Source: a virus. Taken from it: a stretch of 64,000 bases of DNA. The number at the start of each line of letters is the position of its first letter. The first letter of the stretch is position 1. The translations under genes and the position numbers were made by a program. Shown here in pieces: positions 8,648 to 18,739 of this stretch. Location: the IMG/VR virus record IMGVR_UViG_3300009702_000016, positions 32,001 through 96,000 of that record, one strand, 5' to 3'. Below the pieces are notes generated by a model. It saw nothing but the letters and a program-made list of their open reading frames with translations. It made no database searches and was not told the DNA's origin.

Positions 8648-9604
8648 TTATCGAGTAGCGTGCGTATGTGCACCACGGAAACCCAATGACTCCCTCAGAG
8701 ACTCCTTTCCACTTTCCTCGTTATCAAACGAAGTAGATGCGCGGGTCTGAATGGGAACATTGTGCATTTGGTGAGAAGCAGGAATGGAATCAGTAGCCGC
8801 TACCACAGGGGTACGGGTATTGAGTCCCTTGATCTGTTCCTCTAGTTCTGAAAGGGCCTCGGGCTGGAGATCCATCCACTTGAATGCTTGCTTGAAGCAC
8901 TGCTCGAAATGGTCGGAAGCCTTGGCTTGGTAAGACGCTTCAATTACGGAGACAGCCTGTTGTTCGTTGATACCCGCAGACGCCATTCGCTGGAAAAGTT
9001 CCGCCTTGAGGGGATTCTCCTGAATGAAGTTCTTTGTCTGCGCGAGGACAACGAGATTAAGCATATTGAGGGCATCATCACGGAGATCGGCCTTGGCCCT
9101 ACGAAGCTCGGCGGTGGCAGAGGCAGTAACCTGCTGCTGAACCTGCTTGAAAGCGTCAGAACCGGAGACAGTGGCGACGTATGGACGAGCGTAAACTCCT
9201 TCCAGAATCTCCGCAAGATCAAATCGCTTTGATGCTTCACGGATCCCTTCGGCATACTTTTCAGTGACAAAGAGCTTTGCGATCTTCTCGTGCTCCTCCT
9301 GGTCTTCGAGACGAATCTCTGCGACAGGACGACCACTAGCTAGCACAACCCAGTGTGGGTTTTCCTGATCAGCTCCGTAGAGGAGAAGGTCAAGATGAGC
9401 GGTCTTTGGAACCAGAGCAGGATCCACCACAGGTGTAGACATCGTTGTCGGCGCTGGAGCCGCCATCTTTGCCTTGGGTGCTGTAGTGTTACCCTTGTTA
9501 CTTGAGGTTGAATGAGACTGTGCGCCCGTAGCAGATGCGTTCTTGCGAGATGCAATACGCTTCAATCGGGCGGCTCTTAAGGCTGCTGCATTTTTCTTAG
9601 CCAT
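8648..9604 (-). CDS. Putative prohead scaffolding/core protein
   Basis: Helical protein upstream of the decoration and MCP genes; basic N-terminus with KRIAS/KNAS. Confidence 0.5.
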   Translation of the reverse strand: MAKKNAAALRAARLKRIASRKNASATGAQSHSTSSNKGNTTAPKAKMAAPAPTTMSTPVVDPALVPKTAHLDLLLYGADQENPHWVVLASGRPVAEIRLEDQEEHEKIAKLFVTEKYAEGIREASKRFDLAEILEGVYARPYVATVSGSDAFKQVQQQVTASATAELRRAKADLRDDALNMLNLVVLAQTKNFIQENPLKAELFQRMASAGINEQQAVSVIEASYQAKASDHFEQCFKQAFKWMDLQPEALSELEEQIKGLNTRTPVVAATDSIPASHQMHNVPIQTRASTSFDNEESGKESLRESLGFRGAHTHATR

Positions 9605-9676
9605 AGTTTGGTACCTTGTGAGGGTTTGGGCCTAAGAGCGGCGAGGGAGATAGACACCATTGTCTACTTCCATAAG

Positions 9677-10963
9677 TCACAATGACTTGTGACGTAAATA
9701 GTCTAGAATCAAAAGCCTTTTAGCAACTTTACTCAATCTTTTTCTTACAGACGATAGTCTGGTCCCACGAGGATGCATCGGGGGAAGACCACCCCTTCCT
9801 GGAGCGGGCTTCTGTTTTTCACCACTTTGCGTGGATAAAGGTATCTCACTCTTCGTGTTTACGTCTTTTGGTATGGCCGTATTCTTACTTGGTTTACTTT
9901 CATTCCTAGACATGGGGTGCATTGGAGGAAGATTGTCTTCCTCATGCTTCCTTTTTATGGCATCTAGTTGCTTTTTGAGGGTATCAATGTCCTTGGTAGC
10001 TCTTTCTGACTGGTCTTTGATTGTATAGGGCATCATCTCCTGTGCCTTTTTAATGGCCTGGAGATAAGCTACCTTGAACTCTACGATGTCCCTGTCTTTA
10101 CGGAACAGACCGAACCGCTGGGTGTACACCTTCTTTACTCGTTCAAGCTCTTCAGGAGACAATCCCTGCTGGTTCTTTTCTATTGATTCTTTCAGATTGT
10201 ACAGGTAGTGCTCTTCCTTCTTCAGATGGTTATTTGAGTCCTGTACCTCCTTCTCTCTCTTTTTGGTCTCTACCCCGAGCGACTTTTCTACATTCTCTGT
10301 TCCTGCAGAGGAAAGTTCTGAGAACAGATTGGCCACCTTGTCTAATACAGGAGGTAGTTTCTTTACTAGAGATGGAATTGCACCCTGATCTATCTCAACA
10401 TTGGGGAACTCCTTACGGAGATCCGATATCTTCTCTCTAGCTTCTTTCTTCGCCTCTGCACTGTTTCCAGGAGTCTTTAGAAGCTTAACCAACGTATTGA
10501 TTTCTTTCTCGATCTTTCGGTTCCCATCGACCCAAGAGGCCTCCTTCGCCCTTATCCCCTTCTCGATGGGGTCCAAGATCTGTTTGACGCGATCAGTGTA
10601 CTTACTGTACTCACCAAATAGAAGATTGATCTTCTCTCCTACCCTCTGCTCTAATGCAGGAATCTTCAGTTCAGAAGAAACCTGCTTAACAGACTTCTCG
10701 ATCAAGTACTTTGATCCAACAGCCAATGTAGCTCTGTGGGAAATATCTTTTAGCCCATCTGCTACGACTCGCAAAGATTTCGCAGTCTCAGTGTTCTTCT
10801 GTATTTTCTTCTGTTCACTCTCAGGTAAGAGTGTCCTATCAGAATAGGGTCGGGTGGACCTCGCGGCAACTCGCATGATCCTTAGGTAGTAAGGGTATGA
10901 AGTTCTAGCTGTGTCTCGGGCCATAGGACAAATATAAGCCCCACTTCCATAATCTGGTAACAT
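9677..10963 (-). CDS. Lys/Glu-rich coiled-coil protein (possible internal head protein)
   Basis: Long heptad-like K/E-rich ORF; LPPMHP repeated twice; alternative start ATG at 10924. Confidence 0.7.
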   Translation of the reverse strand: MLPDYGSGAYICPMARDTARTSYPYYLRIMRVAARSTRPYSDRTLLPESEQKKIQKNTETAKSLRVVADGLKDISHRATLAVGSKYLIEKSVKQVSSELKIPALEQRVGEKINLLFGEYSKYTDRVKQILDPIEKGIRAKEASWVDGNRKIEKEINTLVKLLKTPGNSAEAKKEAREKISDLRKEFPNVEIDQGAIPSLVKKLPPVLDKVANLFSELSSAGTENVEKSLGVETKKREKEVQDSNNHLKKEEHYLYNLKESIEKNQQGLSPEELERVKKVYTQRFGLFRKDRDIVEFKVAYLQAIKKAQEMMPYTIKDQSERATKDIDTLKKQLDAIKRKHEEDNLPPMHPMSRNESKPSKNTAIPKDVNTKSEIPLSTQSGEKQKPAPGRGGLPPMHPRGTRLSSVRKRLSKVAKRLLILDYLRHKSL

Positions 10964-10989
10964 TCCAGACCGAAAATCCTGGCTTATTT

Positions 10990-11355
10990 CTATTCGCTCT
11001 CGTACTTGGCCTTCAAGCTAGCCAACAGCTTCAAGTCCTCCCTCCTCTTTTTCTCCTCTTTTTCCCTCTTTCTTTTCTCCCCTGCCTTAGCATTTCTGAT
11101 CCCTTGGGCTGTCATCGGCCTAGAGAACGCAACCCCAACCCTTGGCCTGATACTAAGCTTAAACCCGTCGACACGATGGCCCTTGCTCTCGGCGCCTCTT
11201 TGCGCTTCATTTTCTATCTCAGAAGATACGGCTTGAAGGTATTCCATGATCTCCTTCAGAACCTCTTCTTTGTTGTCAGAGGAATAAGGAATGATCGTAG
11301 GTTTTGCTTCTGTCCACCTGTTGTACCTGACTCGGTACTTTTCTTTTTCTGTCAT
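10990..11355 (-). CDS. Hypothetical phage protein (121 aa)
   Basis: ATG at 11355 just after the upstream TGA with a GGAG RBS; C-terminal EDLKLLASLKAKYE. Confidence 0.7.
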   Translation of the reverse strand: MTEKEKYRVRYNRWTEAKPTIIPYSSDNKEEVLKEIMEYLQAVSSEIENEAQRGAESKGHRVDGFKLSIRPRVGVAFSRPMTAQGIRNAKAGEKRKREKEEKKRREDLKLLASLKAKYESE

Positions 11356-11356
11356 T

Positions 11357-11623
11357 TCACTCCATTCCTTCCTTAAGGTCGCCAAGTTGGAGTCTAGCAA
11401 ACCTGGGCCTAGCCCTAGAGCGTAAGTCAGGCGTTACTTCCTCGTTGAAGTTCGCTGCAGTCCGAACATAGAGTTCGTTTCCTTCTGCACTTTTGTACAG
11501 GACCATTTCCCGGTCTGTTGTGGCGTCGATAACACTGCCTAAGACAACGTACAGGTTGCCTTTGAAGTGTCGGTAAACACCGCAAGCTGGAAGGTCTGTG
11601 CGCCCACAATTCGTAATGTGCAT
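11357..11623 (-). CDS. DUF1653 family protein
   Basis: GVYRHFKGNLYVVLG...EMVLYK...LYVR...F.EEV...RPRF signature. Confidence 0.85.
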   Translation of the reverse strand: MHITNCGRTDLPACGVYRHFKGNLYVVLGSVIDATTDREMVLYKSAEGNELYVRTAANFNEEVTPDLRSRARPRFARLQLGDLKEGME

Positions 11624-11643
11624 GGGCTCTTTTTACAGAGTCT

Positions 11644-12378
11644 CTACCTGAACGATTCTACCCAGCGGTCGTGCGCTGTATGGTCAGCGGGGTCTAGGAC
11701 GTTTGAGGTCTCGATGAAGTTGGTGCGACGACACACCTCGTACACCAGTTGGCCTTCCACGACATTTCCTTTGCCACGTCCGTATTCCTGGTGTCTGCAC
11801 GCGATCTTGCCATTGGGGCTTGTAGCACCGCAGCCAGGAACGGAGCACTCCGTATACCCGACTAGGGCTCCCATGCTGAATCCAGTCCTCTTACGAGTCA
11901 GGATATCGTTCGCAAGCTCGGGGTCCTTGGTTCTATCCCATCCTGCCAGCACTACAATCTTGTAGAGCCCGTTCGCCATTTTCTGCAGGCTCGCATCGAA
12001 GTGGACGCCCTTGGCCTTTCTTGGATCCCTATTGTCATGATCCTTGTGTGTGGGCTTCCCGATGAAAGTTGTATAGACCAGCCTTCCCATCTCTGCATTG
12101 AAGCTGGTTACGTCGTCGAGAGGGAACTCGTCTAAGTTTCTGTTTGGGATCCCAACAGTGACAATTGGGATCTCATTGATTACGTAGTCTCGGATATCTG
12201 CCGAGATTTGATAGGCCTCAGATGCCTGGGTAAGCCAGTCTACGTCTAGAGACTTTGTCTTGTTGAAGATGTTCTCTGACGCGATGCGTAGTGACCCGGT
12301 GCGAGGATCTCTCTCCTTTGTACAGGAGATTCCTTCGAACACCCGGGTGTCAAACGAAACGTCACCAGTCTTAATCAT
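11644..12378 (-). CDS. Prohead (capsid maturation) protease with Zn-finger insert
   Basis: PNRNLDEFP, FIGKPTHKDH, GFSMGA (candidate catalytic Ser), CSVPGC...CRH insert and FIETSNVLDPAD. Lies between portal and capsid genes. Start placed at MIKTG (12378). Confidence 0.75.
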   Translation of the reverse strand: MIKTGDVSFDTRVFEGISCTKERDPRTGSLRIASENIFNKTKSLDVDWLTQASEAYQISADIRDYVINEIPIVTVGIPNRNLDEFPLDDVTSFNAEMGRLVYTTFIGKPTHKDHDNRDPRKAKGVHFDASLQKMANGLYKIVVLAGWDRTKDPELANDILTRKRTGFSMGALVGYTECSVPGCGATSPNGKIACRHQEYGRGKGNVVEGQLVYEVCRRTNFIETSNVLDPADHTAHDRWVESFR

Positions 12379-12426
12379 AGTATCTCTCACGTTAGAATAG
12401 GAGCAGACACCCATATAAGACTAATA

Positions 12427-12852
12427 CTACAAGGCTCTGACCTCATCTTGTAGTCGTTCTCCCTTATTGTCTACGATGTCAAGTAGCCTCATAGACAGGA
12501 GTATGTTTTTCTTTGCTTTGTTCACCAGAGCTGCGTACTCAATTAGGGACACCAAAGCGGCTTCAAGATTCCTCTCGTCTTCCGTTGATTGTGGGTTCTT
12601 TGAGGGTAGGACTGCATCCATCTTCTTGAACGCCTTGATGATTATCCCCGAATCTGCCTCGGAGGGTCCAATCAGTTCGGGCTTCGTTTCCATCAAACGG
12701 TATTCATCGTAAACGTCTTCTACGATTTCGTTGACTAGGCGTTCGTAGCTTGTAGGCTTCTTCTCCATTGACCTGGCCTTGTCTATCAAGGAAGACACTG
12801 TGGAGGAAACGTGCTCCGATGCTTTTCGAATAAGTGGAGTAAGGCTTGCCAT
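12427..12852 (-). CDS. Hypothetical helical protein (141 aa)
   Basis: TAATG overlap with the portal stop; RKAS motif near the N-terminus. Confidence 0.7.
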   Translation of the reverse strand: MASLTPLIRKASEHVSSTVSSLIDKARSMEKKPTSYERLVNEIVEDVYDEYRLMETKPELIGPSEADSGIIIKAFKKMDAVLPSKNPQSTEDERNLEAALVSLIEYAALVNKAKKNILLSMRLLDIVDNKGERLQDEVRAL

Positions 12853-15176
12853 TAGTCGTCGTCGTCATCATGAACAGCAGGTGTGCTTCCGGTAAGTAAG
12901 TTGACATTAGGCACCAACCTACTCTCATCCTTGATCGTTTTAGAGAAACGACGAGCGTGCTGTGAGGCAGGGGTTCTGCTTTGTTCCGCCTCTTTATACA
13001 GGGCACGCTGTGCCTCTTCCTCTAGTAGTAATGAGTTTCTCCTTCCCTGCTGTGCGCAGGCAGCAATAACCCTAAGTTCCGCTGCAAGATCCTCTGGGCT
13101 GGAAGAGAACATGGAACGAAGCTCTTTGGTAATGTCAGAGGCTACGACTCTAGAGATGTCTGCGTCGTGTAGAATCCCGGCTCGGGTTAGGATGTACCGA
13201 AGCACTTGGTCCTTCTTGTTGTTTCCCGTACTGATGGCTTTTCTGGCCTCTCCCCTAGTTAGAGTTCGCGCTATGGTCTTCTTGTCCAGCATTGAAAGAA
13301 GAACCTTGGCGTATTTTTGGGCTTGGTCTGCTGTGACACCCAGGAACTCCTTCTTCCTGCCCTTCCAGACAGGGAGGGACTCAAGCAGCGCCAGTGAGTT
13401 AGGAATAGAAGCAACACGAACCGAGGCACCTACAGAAGGAAGCTCTAGGCCGCCTCCCGTAGCGGCTCCTCCCCCGAGTCCTTCCTCAGGTACTCCGCCT
13501 CCCATTCCGCCTCCCATTCCTCCAAGGTCACCACCCATTCCTCCAAGGTCACCACCCATTCCGCCGAGATCACCGAGGCCGCCTCCACCTCCCAGTCCAC
13601 CGAGGCCTCCCATTTCTCCACCCATTTCTCCACCCATTCCTCCGCCCATTCCTTCTTGCTGAGGAGGGGCCACCTGGGCTAGCTTCTTTTGCTGTTGGAC
13701 CAGTCTGCGGCTTACTTCGATATCATCGTCAAACTGCTCCATCTCTGACTCTAGGTCAAATCCTGCAGCGGACGTCCACGTCCTCTTGGTGATTGGAATG
13801 CCCTTCTCATTCATCATCTGAAGAATCTCCAGATAATCCCTATCGGCAACAGGACGGAGCGACTTCTCCCACGCGATTGTAGGAAGAATATAGCGCTCTT
13901 CCCCGGGGGTATGGGCAATACGGATGCGATGATCTAACTCTGCCTTCTTTCGATGGATGAACCCATGACGCTTCGCGAGGGGCAGTAGCAGTTTGTTGAA
14001 GATCAGGTTCCTCTCAATGAACTTTCGATGAACCTTGATCCTCTCCAGGAACACAGACATGAGCTGTTCAAGAGAGTTATAGGTTGCGTCTCCTGAGATG
14101 AAGGACTCACTAACGCCAAGAGCGTTTAGCTTTCCTTTAAGAAGGAAATCCCATTCGTCAGTGACTTTGGTTACATCCTGGAGTGTTCCTCCACCAACCT
14201 CGTTTGACTGCACGCCTGAACGGGTGACAACAATGGCGCCGACTGGGTCCTCATCCGCCTGCATGAACAGAGAGGACAAGTCGTCAAGCTCATCTGGGGA
14301 GGGTTCCCAAACATCATCGATTCCAGCAGTGATGTGTCGGATTCTCGAAGCGCGTCTCCTTGAGGCAGCAATCGTTGCATTGACAAGTGCCTTCTCGTAC
14401 GCAACGAACATGATTATTCGAGTATAAACGCTAGCGCCAATAACGTCGTAGGGAGATGTCTTGCGTGGCAGGTAGAAGGAGTTTTCCGTGGGGAGAGGAA
14501 TCTCTTGCCCATTACGGATCATCGCTGCCAGTTCTTCCACTTCTCCCTGCGCTTGTCGGTCCCTTTCGTCGGAAGAGTTCGCCCACGCCTTAAGGTCTGG
14601 GGTAGGGATGATATCCAACTTGGGCTGGAATCCTGGAACGGGTATAGGGCTGACCCGGATCCAGTCTGGGTCATGGATAATCATCCGCTCCCAGATTCCT
14701 TTGGCCTCGTTCATGATGAGGTGGCCAATCACCTTTCCCATGCCAAGGAACTCCCCAGTAATACCCGGAAGCTCATTGGTTATGTCAATGTTGTTCATTG
14801 CATCTGTGTAGATGCGAGCGATTGACCTGTCTTCTAGTCCTGTGAACTGGAACTCAGACCACGGAAGGTCACTGTATAACTCAAGAGCAGGACCCGCGAC
14901 GGGGTCCTGAAGACGGATTCTGCGCCAGATTCTGTGGAGTCGCCGGAAATCAACCGGCATAAATTGTTCAACGATTGTGCCTTCTGACAAATCGTCGAAC
15001 ACAGGGTTGAACCTGTTATGTGAATTACGTCCCCCAGCCCCTCCGCCAAATCCGAAGCCTCCACTGCCTCCGTTTCCGTTTCCTGTGAACCCACCGCTGC
15101 TTCCGCCAAACCCCAGCGCTGACTTCCGTAAGGAAGCGGTTTTCATACGTGTGTAATTTAGCTTAATGGCAGACAT
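12852..15176 (-). CDS. Portal protein with Gly/Met-rich linker and C-terminal extension
   Basis: DPVAGPALELYSDLPWS, EFLGMGKV, HDPDWIRV, LNALGVSESFISGDATY and AGFDLESE are portal-like; downstream of terminase. Confidence 0.8.
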   Translation of the reverse strand: MSAIKLNYTRMKTASLRKSALGFGGSSGGFTGNGNGGSGGFGFGGGAGGRNSHNRFNPVFDDLSEGTIVEQFMPVDFRRLHRIWRRIRLQDPVAGPALELYSDLPWSEFQFTGLEDRSIARIYTDAMNNIDITNELPGITGEFLGMGKVIGHLIMNEAKGIWERMIIHDPDWIRVSPIPVPGFQPKLDIIPTPDLKAWANSSDERDRQAQGEVEELAAMIRNGQEIPLPTENSFYLPRKTSPYDVIGASVYTRIIMFVAYEKALVNATIAASRRRASRIRHITAGIDDVWEPSPDELDDLSSLFMQADEDPVGAIVVTRSGVQSNEVGGGTLQDVTKVTDEWDFLLKGKLNALGVSESFISGDATYNSLEQLMSVFLERIKVHRKFIERNLIFNKLLLPLAKRHGFIHRKKAELDHRIRIAHTPGEERYILPTIAWEKSLRPVADRDYLEILQMMNEKGIPITKRTWTSAAGFDLESEMEQFDDDIEVSRRLVQQQKKLAQVAPPQQEGMGGGMGGEMGGEMGGLGGLGGGGGLGDLGGMGGDLGGMGGDLGGMGGGMGGGVPEEGLGGGAATGGGLELPSVGASVRVASIPNSLALLESLPVWKGRKKEFLGVTADQAQKYAKVLLSMLDKKTIARTLTRGEARKAISTGNNKKDQVLRYILTRAGILHDADISRVVASDITKELRSMFSSSPEDLAAELRVIAACAQQGRRNSLLLEEEAQRALYKEAEQSRTPASQHARRFSKTIKDESRLVPNVNLLTGSTPAVHDDDDD
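13471..13650 (-). repeat. Coding low-complexity repeat (GGMGGDL / GGEM)n in the portal
   Basis: Exact 21-nt tandem units at 13513-13533 and 13534-13554, plus 12-nt units. Confidence 0.85.
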
Positions 15177-15179
15177 TAG

Positions 15180-15662
15180 TCATCCTAGTAAACGAGTTAG
15201 GCTATCCCTCTGATCAAGTATATCCTGAAAGCTAGGACCTTCCCTCTCCCCTAATACAGCGGACAGAAATGATCTAGCCATAATCTTTTCTGGAAAGTAG
15301 AACGTCTTTAGGTCCTGATCCGTTAGGAATCCTACCACAGGGCTTGGTCCTCCAATTGAAACCTTCCACAAGAGGGGAGGCTCGCGGCGTTTCCAATCAT
15401 TGGGCACGGAGTCTAGCGTATACTCCATGAACTGAAGAACGTAAACAGTGGGACCTAGTCGAGATTTAAGCTCGACCTTGTACGGAGAGATTATCCGTAG
15501 CTGGTCTACCTCCGCAGGATACTCCAGCATTGTACCTGCTGTTGGAGTGACCCCTCTACTGCTCTGCGGTTCATCAATCGAGTGAATTCCGTCTGTATCC
15601 GTTCCCTTTTCGGGACCCAGAATGAATACGGGATTCTTGTGTATGGTACTTGATTCACTCAT
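15180..15662 (-). CDS. Hypothetical protein (160 aa)
   Basis: Tightly packed in the operon between terminase and portal. Confidence 0.7.
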   Translation of the reverse strand: MSESSTIHKNPVFILGPEKGTDTDGIHSIDEPQSSRGVTPTAGTMLEYPAEVDQLRIISPYKVELKSRLGPTVYVLQFMEYTLDSVPNDWKRREPPLLWKVSIGGPSPVVGFLTDQDLKTFYFPEKIMARSFLSAVLGEREGPSFQDILDQRDSLTRLLG

Positions 15663-15663
15663 C

Positions 15664-16017
15664 TTACTTGACTATGAAAACAAGAAGCCCAGTTTTCTTG
15701 CTCAGTTCCTGACTGAACTTAAGATCTCTGTTCACGCTGGAGTTACCTCTAAAGCCATCCTCTAGGGAGGGCACGAGGTCATTGTACCGGAAGAAATCTA
15801 CGCCCTTTATGTAGATATGGTCCTCCTTGTAGGTCACCTTAGGAGACGGCCCAAGGCCAGACTCTGATAGCAAATTTTGTACGATACCAACACTGGTTGC
15901 CATCTCCACAACGGAGGGCTCACCCCGTGCAAGCACAAGAAACTCCTCTTCCTCTTCGTACATGCCACTACGATGAAGGTCTTCTGCGATTTTCAGTATT
16001 TCCTTAATGGACGTCAT
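15664..16017 (-). CDS. Hypothetical protein (117 aa)
   Basis: N-terminal ILKIAEDLHRSG amphipathic helix; operon context. Confidence 0.7.
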   Translation of the reverse strand: MTSIKEILKIAEDLHRSGMYEEEEEFLVLARGEPSVVEMATSVGIVQNLLSESGLGPSPKVTYKEDHIYIKGVDFFRYNDLVPSLEDGFRGNSSVNRDLKFSQELSKKTGLLVFIVK

Positions 16018-16024
16018 AACAGAA

Positions 16025-16372
16025 TCACATGCAAACGTGGCAGTTACGGCAATACTTCGCTTCTGTTGAGTTCGCTAGCTTCACGAATTGCATGGAGCTT
16101 GAGCACCGAGGACACATTCCAGCGCTGCGAAGGTTTGGAATACCACCCAAGTGAGGAGCCGCTGATGCCGTTCTCAAGTTTCCGCTTCCCTTTTTGTAGT
16201 CTGACAGAATGATGTCCAGGGCAAGGGTTTCGTCTCCCTTGCTTACTGTATTTACAATGTCAGCCATCTTAAGCTTATAGCGGAGCTTTCGCAGCCGATC
16301 TGACGTAAGAGCATACTTGACGTTGTACAGCTTGTGTGACTCCTTGATAAACTTCTCAACGGGTGTGCCCAT
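16025..16372 (-). CDS. Zn-ribbon protein
   Basis: CPRC...CRNC at the C-terminus, preceded by LRTAS. Confidence 0.7.
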   Translation of the reverse strand: MGTPVEKFIKESHKLYNVKYALTSDRLRKLRYKLKMADIVNTVSKGDETLALDIILSDYKKGSGNLRTASAAPHLGGIPNLRSAGMCPRCSSSMQFVKLANSTEAKYCRNCHVCM

Positions 16373-16381
16373 GACGTACTC

Positions 16382-18427
16382 CTATCCATTCCTAAATATA
16401 GATGTCTTTCCTCGAACGGACCCAATACTTGCTCGGGTTCTGCTGATCGAGGAACCAGCAGAGGAAGACTTCAGTGAGACAGCCCCAACTCTGGCGGAAG
16501 ATTTGGACGCAGCTCTTCTAGAAAACACTAAGAAATCCTTCTTGTGCTCAGACATATAGTAACTTGCAAGTACGGCAGTACGAAAGTAATCGTCATCACC
16601 GACCTCGGGTTTGATTATTTTCTTTCCTATTTCCCTTACTGTGGCGAATTGGACCGCGAAAGCAGTGTAGGGTGAGGCACGCATCATATCGATGTTTGTG
16701 ATATCAAGATCACTAAGTTCTGAGTGCTCCCAACGCGGCATAGCTACTGCTCCTGAGTAGACCAAACTTCTCAAGAACTTAAAGTCCCGATCCTTTGGGC
16801 TGTAGCGTATTGCCTTGATCTTCATCTCCCTAAGCTCTTGAATGTGTGACGTACTTTGCCACCTATCATAGAGTACGCATTTGACATTGAGTCCTTTTCC
16901 CTTATCGCACAACGTCTTAATGATGTTGAACATAGTTGGGAAGTGAACTGGAATTAGCTCCCCTGTTTCGGCTATCTTCTCAGGCATTGCAGATATGGCC
17001 GCATCAAGAACAAGCTTAAAAGAGCTGCCCTCCTCCTCTTGGCTTGCTTCTAGATGGTAGACACCGATAGCAAAGGAGTTTTGAGTTTCTCCGCAGTCTA
17101 CTGTAACTACTCTAGGAACCATACGAACACGACTGTCAGATATCGTTCCTAACAGCTTGGCTGCAATATACCGGGTACGCTTGGGATCGATTTTGTCTTT
17201 GATGAAGTGTGGCTTCCAGCTGACCAGAGGACGTTCGTTCGTCCTCATATCCATGATGGCGCGTTCTGATTCGATAAAGGGACTGTCTGCAAGAGGAGGA
17301 AGCGCCCCAAAGTCTCTCCAAAACTTGACAGGGTTATTCATCTCCTCTGTTTCAAGACTTTCCCTTGTGATCAGTGGACTTGCTTCCCATGAATGCATGT
17401 GGAAGCATACCTTCCTCTTGTCCCTCGCTCCCTCCTTTAGAAGGGACATCATCTTATCGTACTGGGAGCTAGGTGAGGAGATGTTGAACATGATGCCAGG
17501 AAGCGTCTGGTACTCATCCTGCTTCCATTTCAGGTCGCTGGCGGAGCGAACAGTACGCAGGGAGTTGGACAGCGAGGCATAGGTCTCATCTGCGTTCGCT
17601 CGAACGGCATCCTTTTTCCCACTCGTAAACCAACCAAGCTCATCAATGGCACACGCGATTCTCGTTGAACCACGAAGGGACTGCCCCACCGCTGCTGCGT
17701 AAGATATTCCGACTTGCTTATTTCCAAACCAAATGTAGGAATCCATTACCTTGACAAGGTCTCCCTTATCAAGTCCTCTCTCTTTCTCCAGTGCCTTTAG
17801 CTTCGCGATGTAGCTTTTGAACCAAGGACTTTGCGCAATCGCTCCCTTGAATGCGGGCCACAACGTCTTTTTAATCTGTCCAACGGTAACCGCTACAAAT
17901 GTCATCTCGAAAAACGAGTTTGACATCAACCCGTAGAATCTGGCAGGATTTCTAATGCTAAGAAAGCGGTGAAGGTAATAGGGAAGGAGAACGCCTCCTG
18001 TGAGGGCCGTCTTTCCCGACCTCTGACCGAGGCAGCTCACCAGCTCCCAAGGAAGTTTGTCGAACAACTCCTTGCGGTTCTTACTGCATTCTGGGCATAT
18101 TCCCTTCTTTAGTAAGACGACCTTGGACTTGAACGTACCAATCGAGGCGTCGACAGGAGGGTCGTCAAGAAAGTCCATGTCCGTGCACTCTGGACAGTAG
18201 TCACAGTACACTTTAACTGCTTGCTCTGCCTGCTTCGCCCACAAGGAATCCATGCCCATGAAGTCAGGACTTACTGCGAACTCGATCACGTTGTCCGAAT
18301 AGGGAATGTCGATGTCTACGTCAAATACGGACGGATCCAGACCTGAATCAATTACCTTGTCTACAAGAGCTTGCAGATCAAGTAAGTGAAGGTTTTTATC
18401 CGCGTCGTCCCGTCGCAGGCGTGCCAT
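16382..18427 (-). CDS. terL: Terminase large subunit
   Basis: Walker A GQRSGKT, Walker B ACAIDELGW, coupling motif NISSP. RNase H-like VTVDCGETQNSF, YDRWQS and DDYFR. Cys-rich insert before Walker A. Confidence 0.9.
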   Translation of the reverse strand: MARLRRDDADKNLHLLDLQALVDKVIDSGLDPSVFDVDIDIPYSDNVIEFAVSPDFMGMDSLWAKQAEQAVKVYCDYCPECTDMDFLDDPPVDASIGTFKSKVVLLKKGICPECSKNRKELFDKLPWELVSCLGQRSGKTALTGGVLLPYYLHRFLSIRNPARFYGLMSNSFFEMTFVAVTVGQIKKTLWPAFKGAIAQSPWFKSYIAKLKALEKERGLDKGDLVKVMDSYIWFGNKQVGISYAAAVGQSLRGSTRIACAIDELGWFTSGKKDAVRANADETYASLSNSLRTVRSASDLKWKQDEYQTLPGIMFNISSPSSQYDKMMSLLKEGARDKRKVCFHMHSWEASPLITRESLETEEMNNPVKFWRDFGALPPLADSPFIESERAIMDMRTNERPLVSWKPHFIKDKIDPKRTRYIAAKLLGTISDSRVRMVPRVVTVDCGETQNSFAIGVYHLEASQEEEGSSFKLVLDAAISAMPEKIAETGELIPVHFPTMFNIIKTLCDKGKGLNVKCVLYDRWQSTSHIQELREMKIKAIRYSPKDRDFKFLRSLVYSGAVAMPRWEHSELSDLDITNIDMMRASPYTAFAVQFATVREIGKKIIKPEVGDDDYFRTAVLASYYMSEHKKDFLVFSRRAASKSSARVGAVSLKSSSAGSSISRTRASIGSVRGKTSIFRNG

Positions 18428-18433
18428 GGTACC

Positions 18434-18739
18434 TTACAGAAGTTCCCGAAGACGTTCCGCTGTCCTGCTAAGCAGGTCACTTAGGTGCTGAGAGTGTCCT
18501 GGCTCTAGCTTGTACCGTGAGTTATTTCGCGTAGAACGAGGACCCTGAGCGGTAGCGTCATCGGGTAGACCGTCTTTGTGCTCAGGAAGCCCTGTGGGGT
18601 AGTTGGTCCCTGTTCCCTCTTCCTCATCGGGTCCAGGTAGAGCTTCATTCTGCTCCCTAATCTCCTTTATCTTCTCCTCGCTAAGAAAGGACAGGCGAAG
18701 AGAAGAATGGAAAAGCCGTTTTCTAAGCTCTCTATTCAC
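18434..18739 (-). CDS. Hypothetical protein (101 aa)
   Basis: Overlaps the upstream stop; largely disordered. Confidence 0.65.
   Translation of the reverse strand: MNRELRKRLFHSSLRLSFLSEEKIKEIREQNEALPGPDEEEGTGTNYPTGLPEHKDGLPDDATAQGPRSTRNNSRYKLEPGHSQHLSDLLSRTAERLRELL

Noticed and set aside
12883-13662. Long antisense or alternative-frame ORFs (e.g. 12883..13662+, 30027..30341-, 38629..38865-, 55518..56096-, 23722..24303-)
   Set aside because: They are shadows of well-supported genes or of coding repeats, with no RBS or family motifs.
16382-18427. Intein or intron in terminase, RecA or primase
   Set aside because: Lengths and motif spacing are normal; no C/S...HN intein ends or frame breaks were seen.
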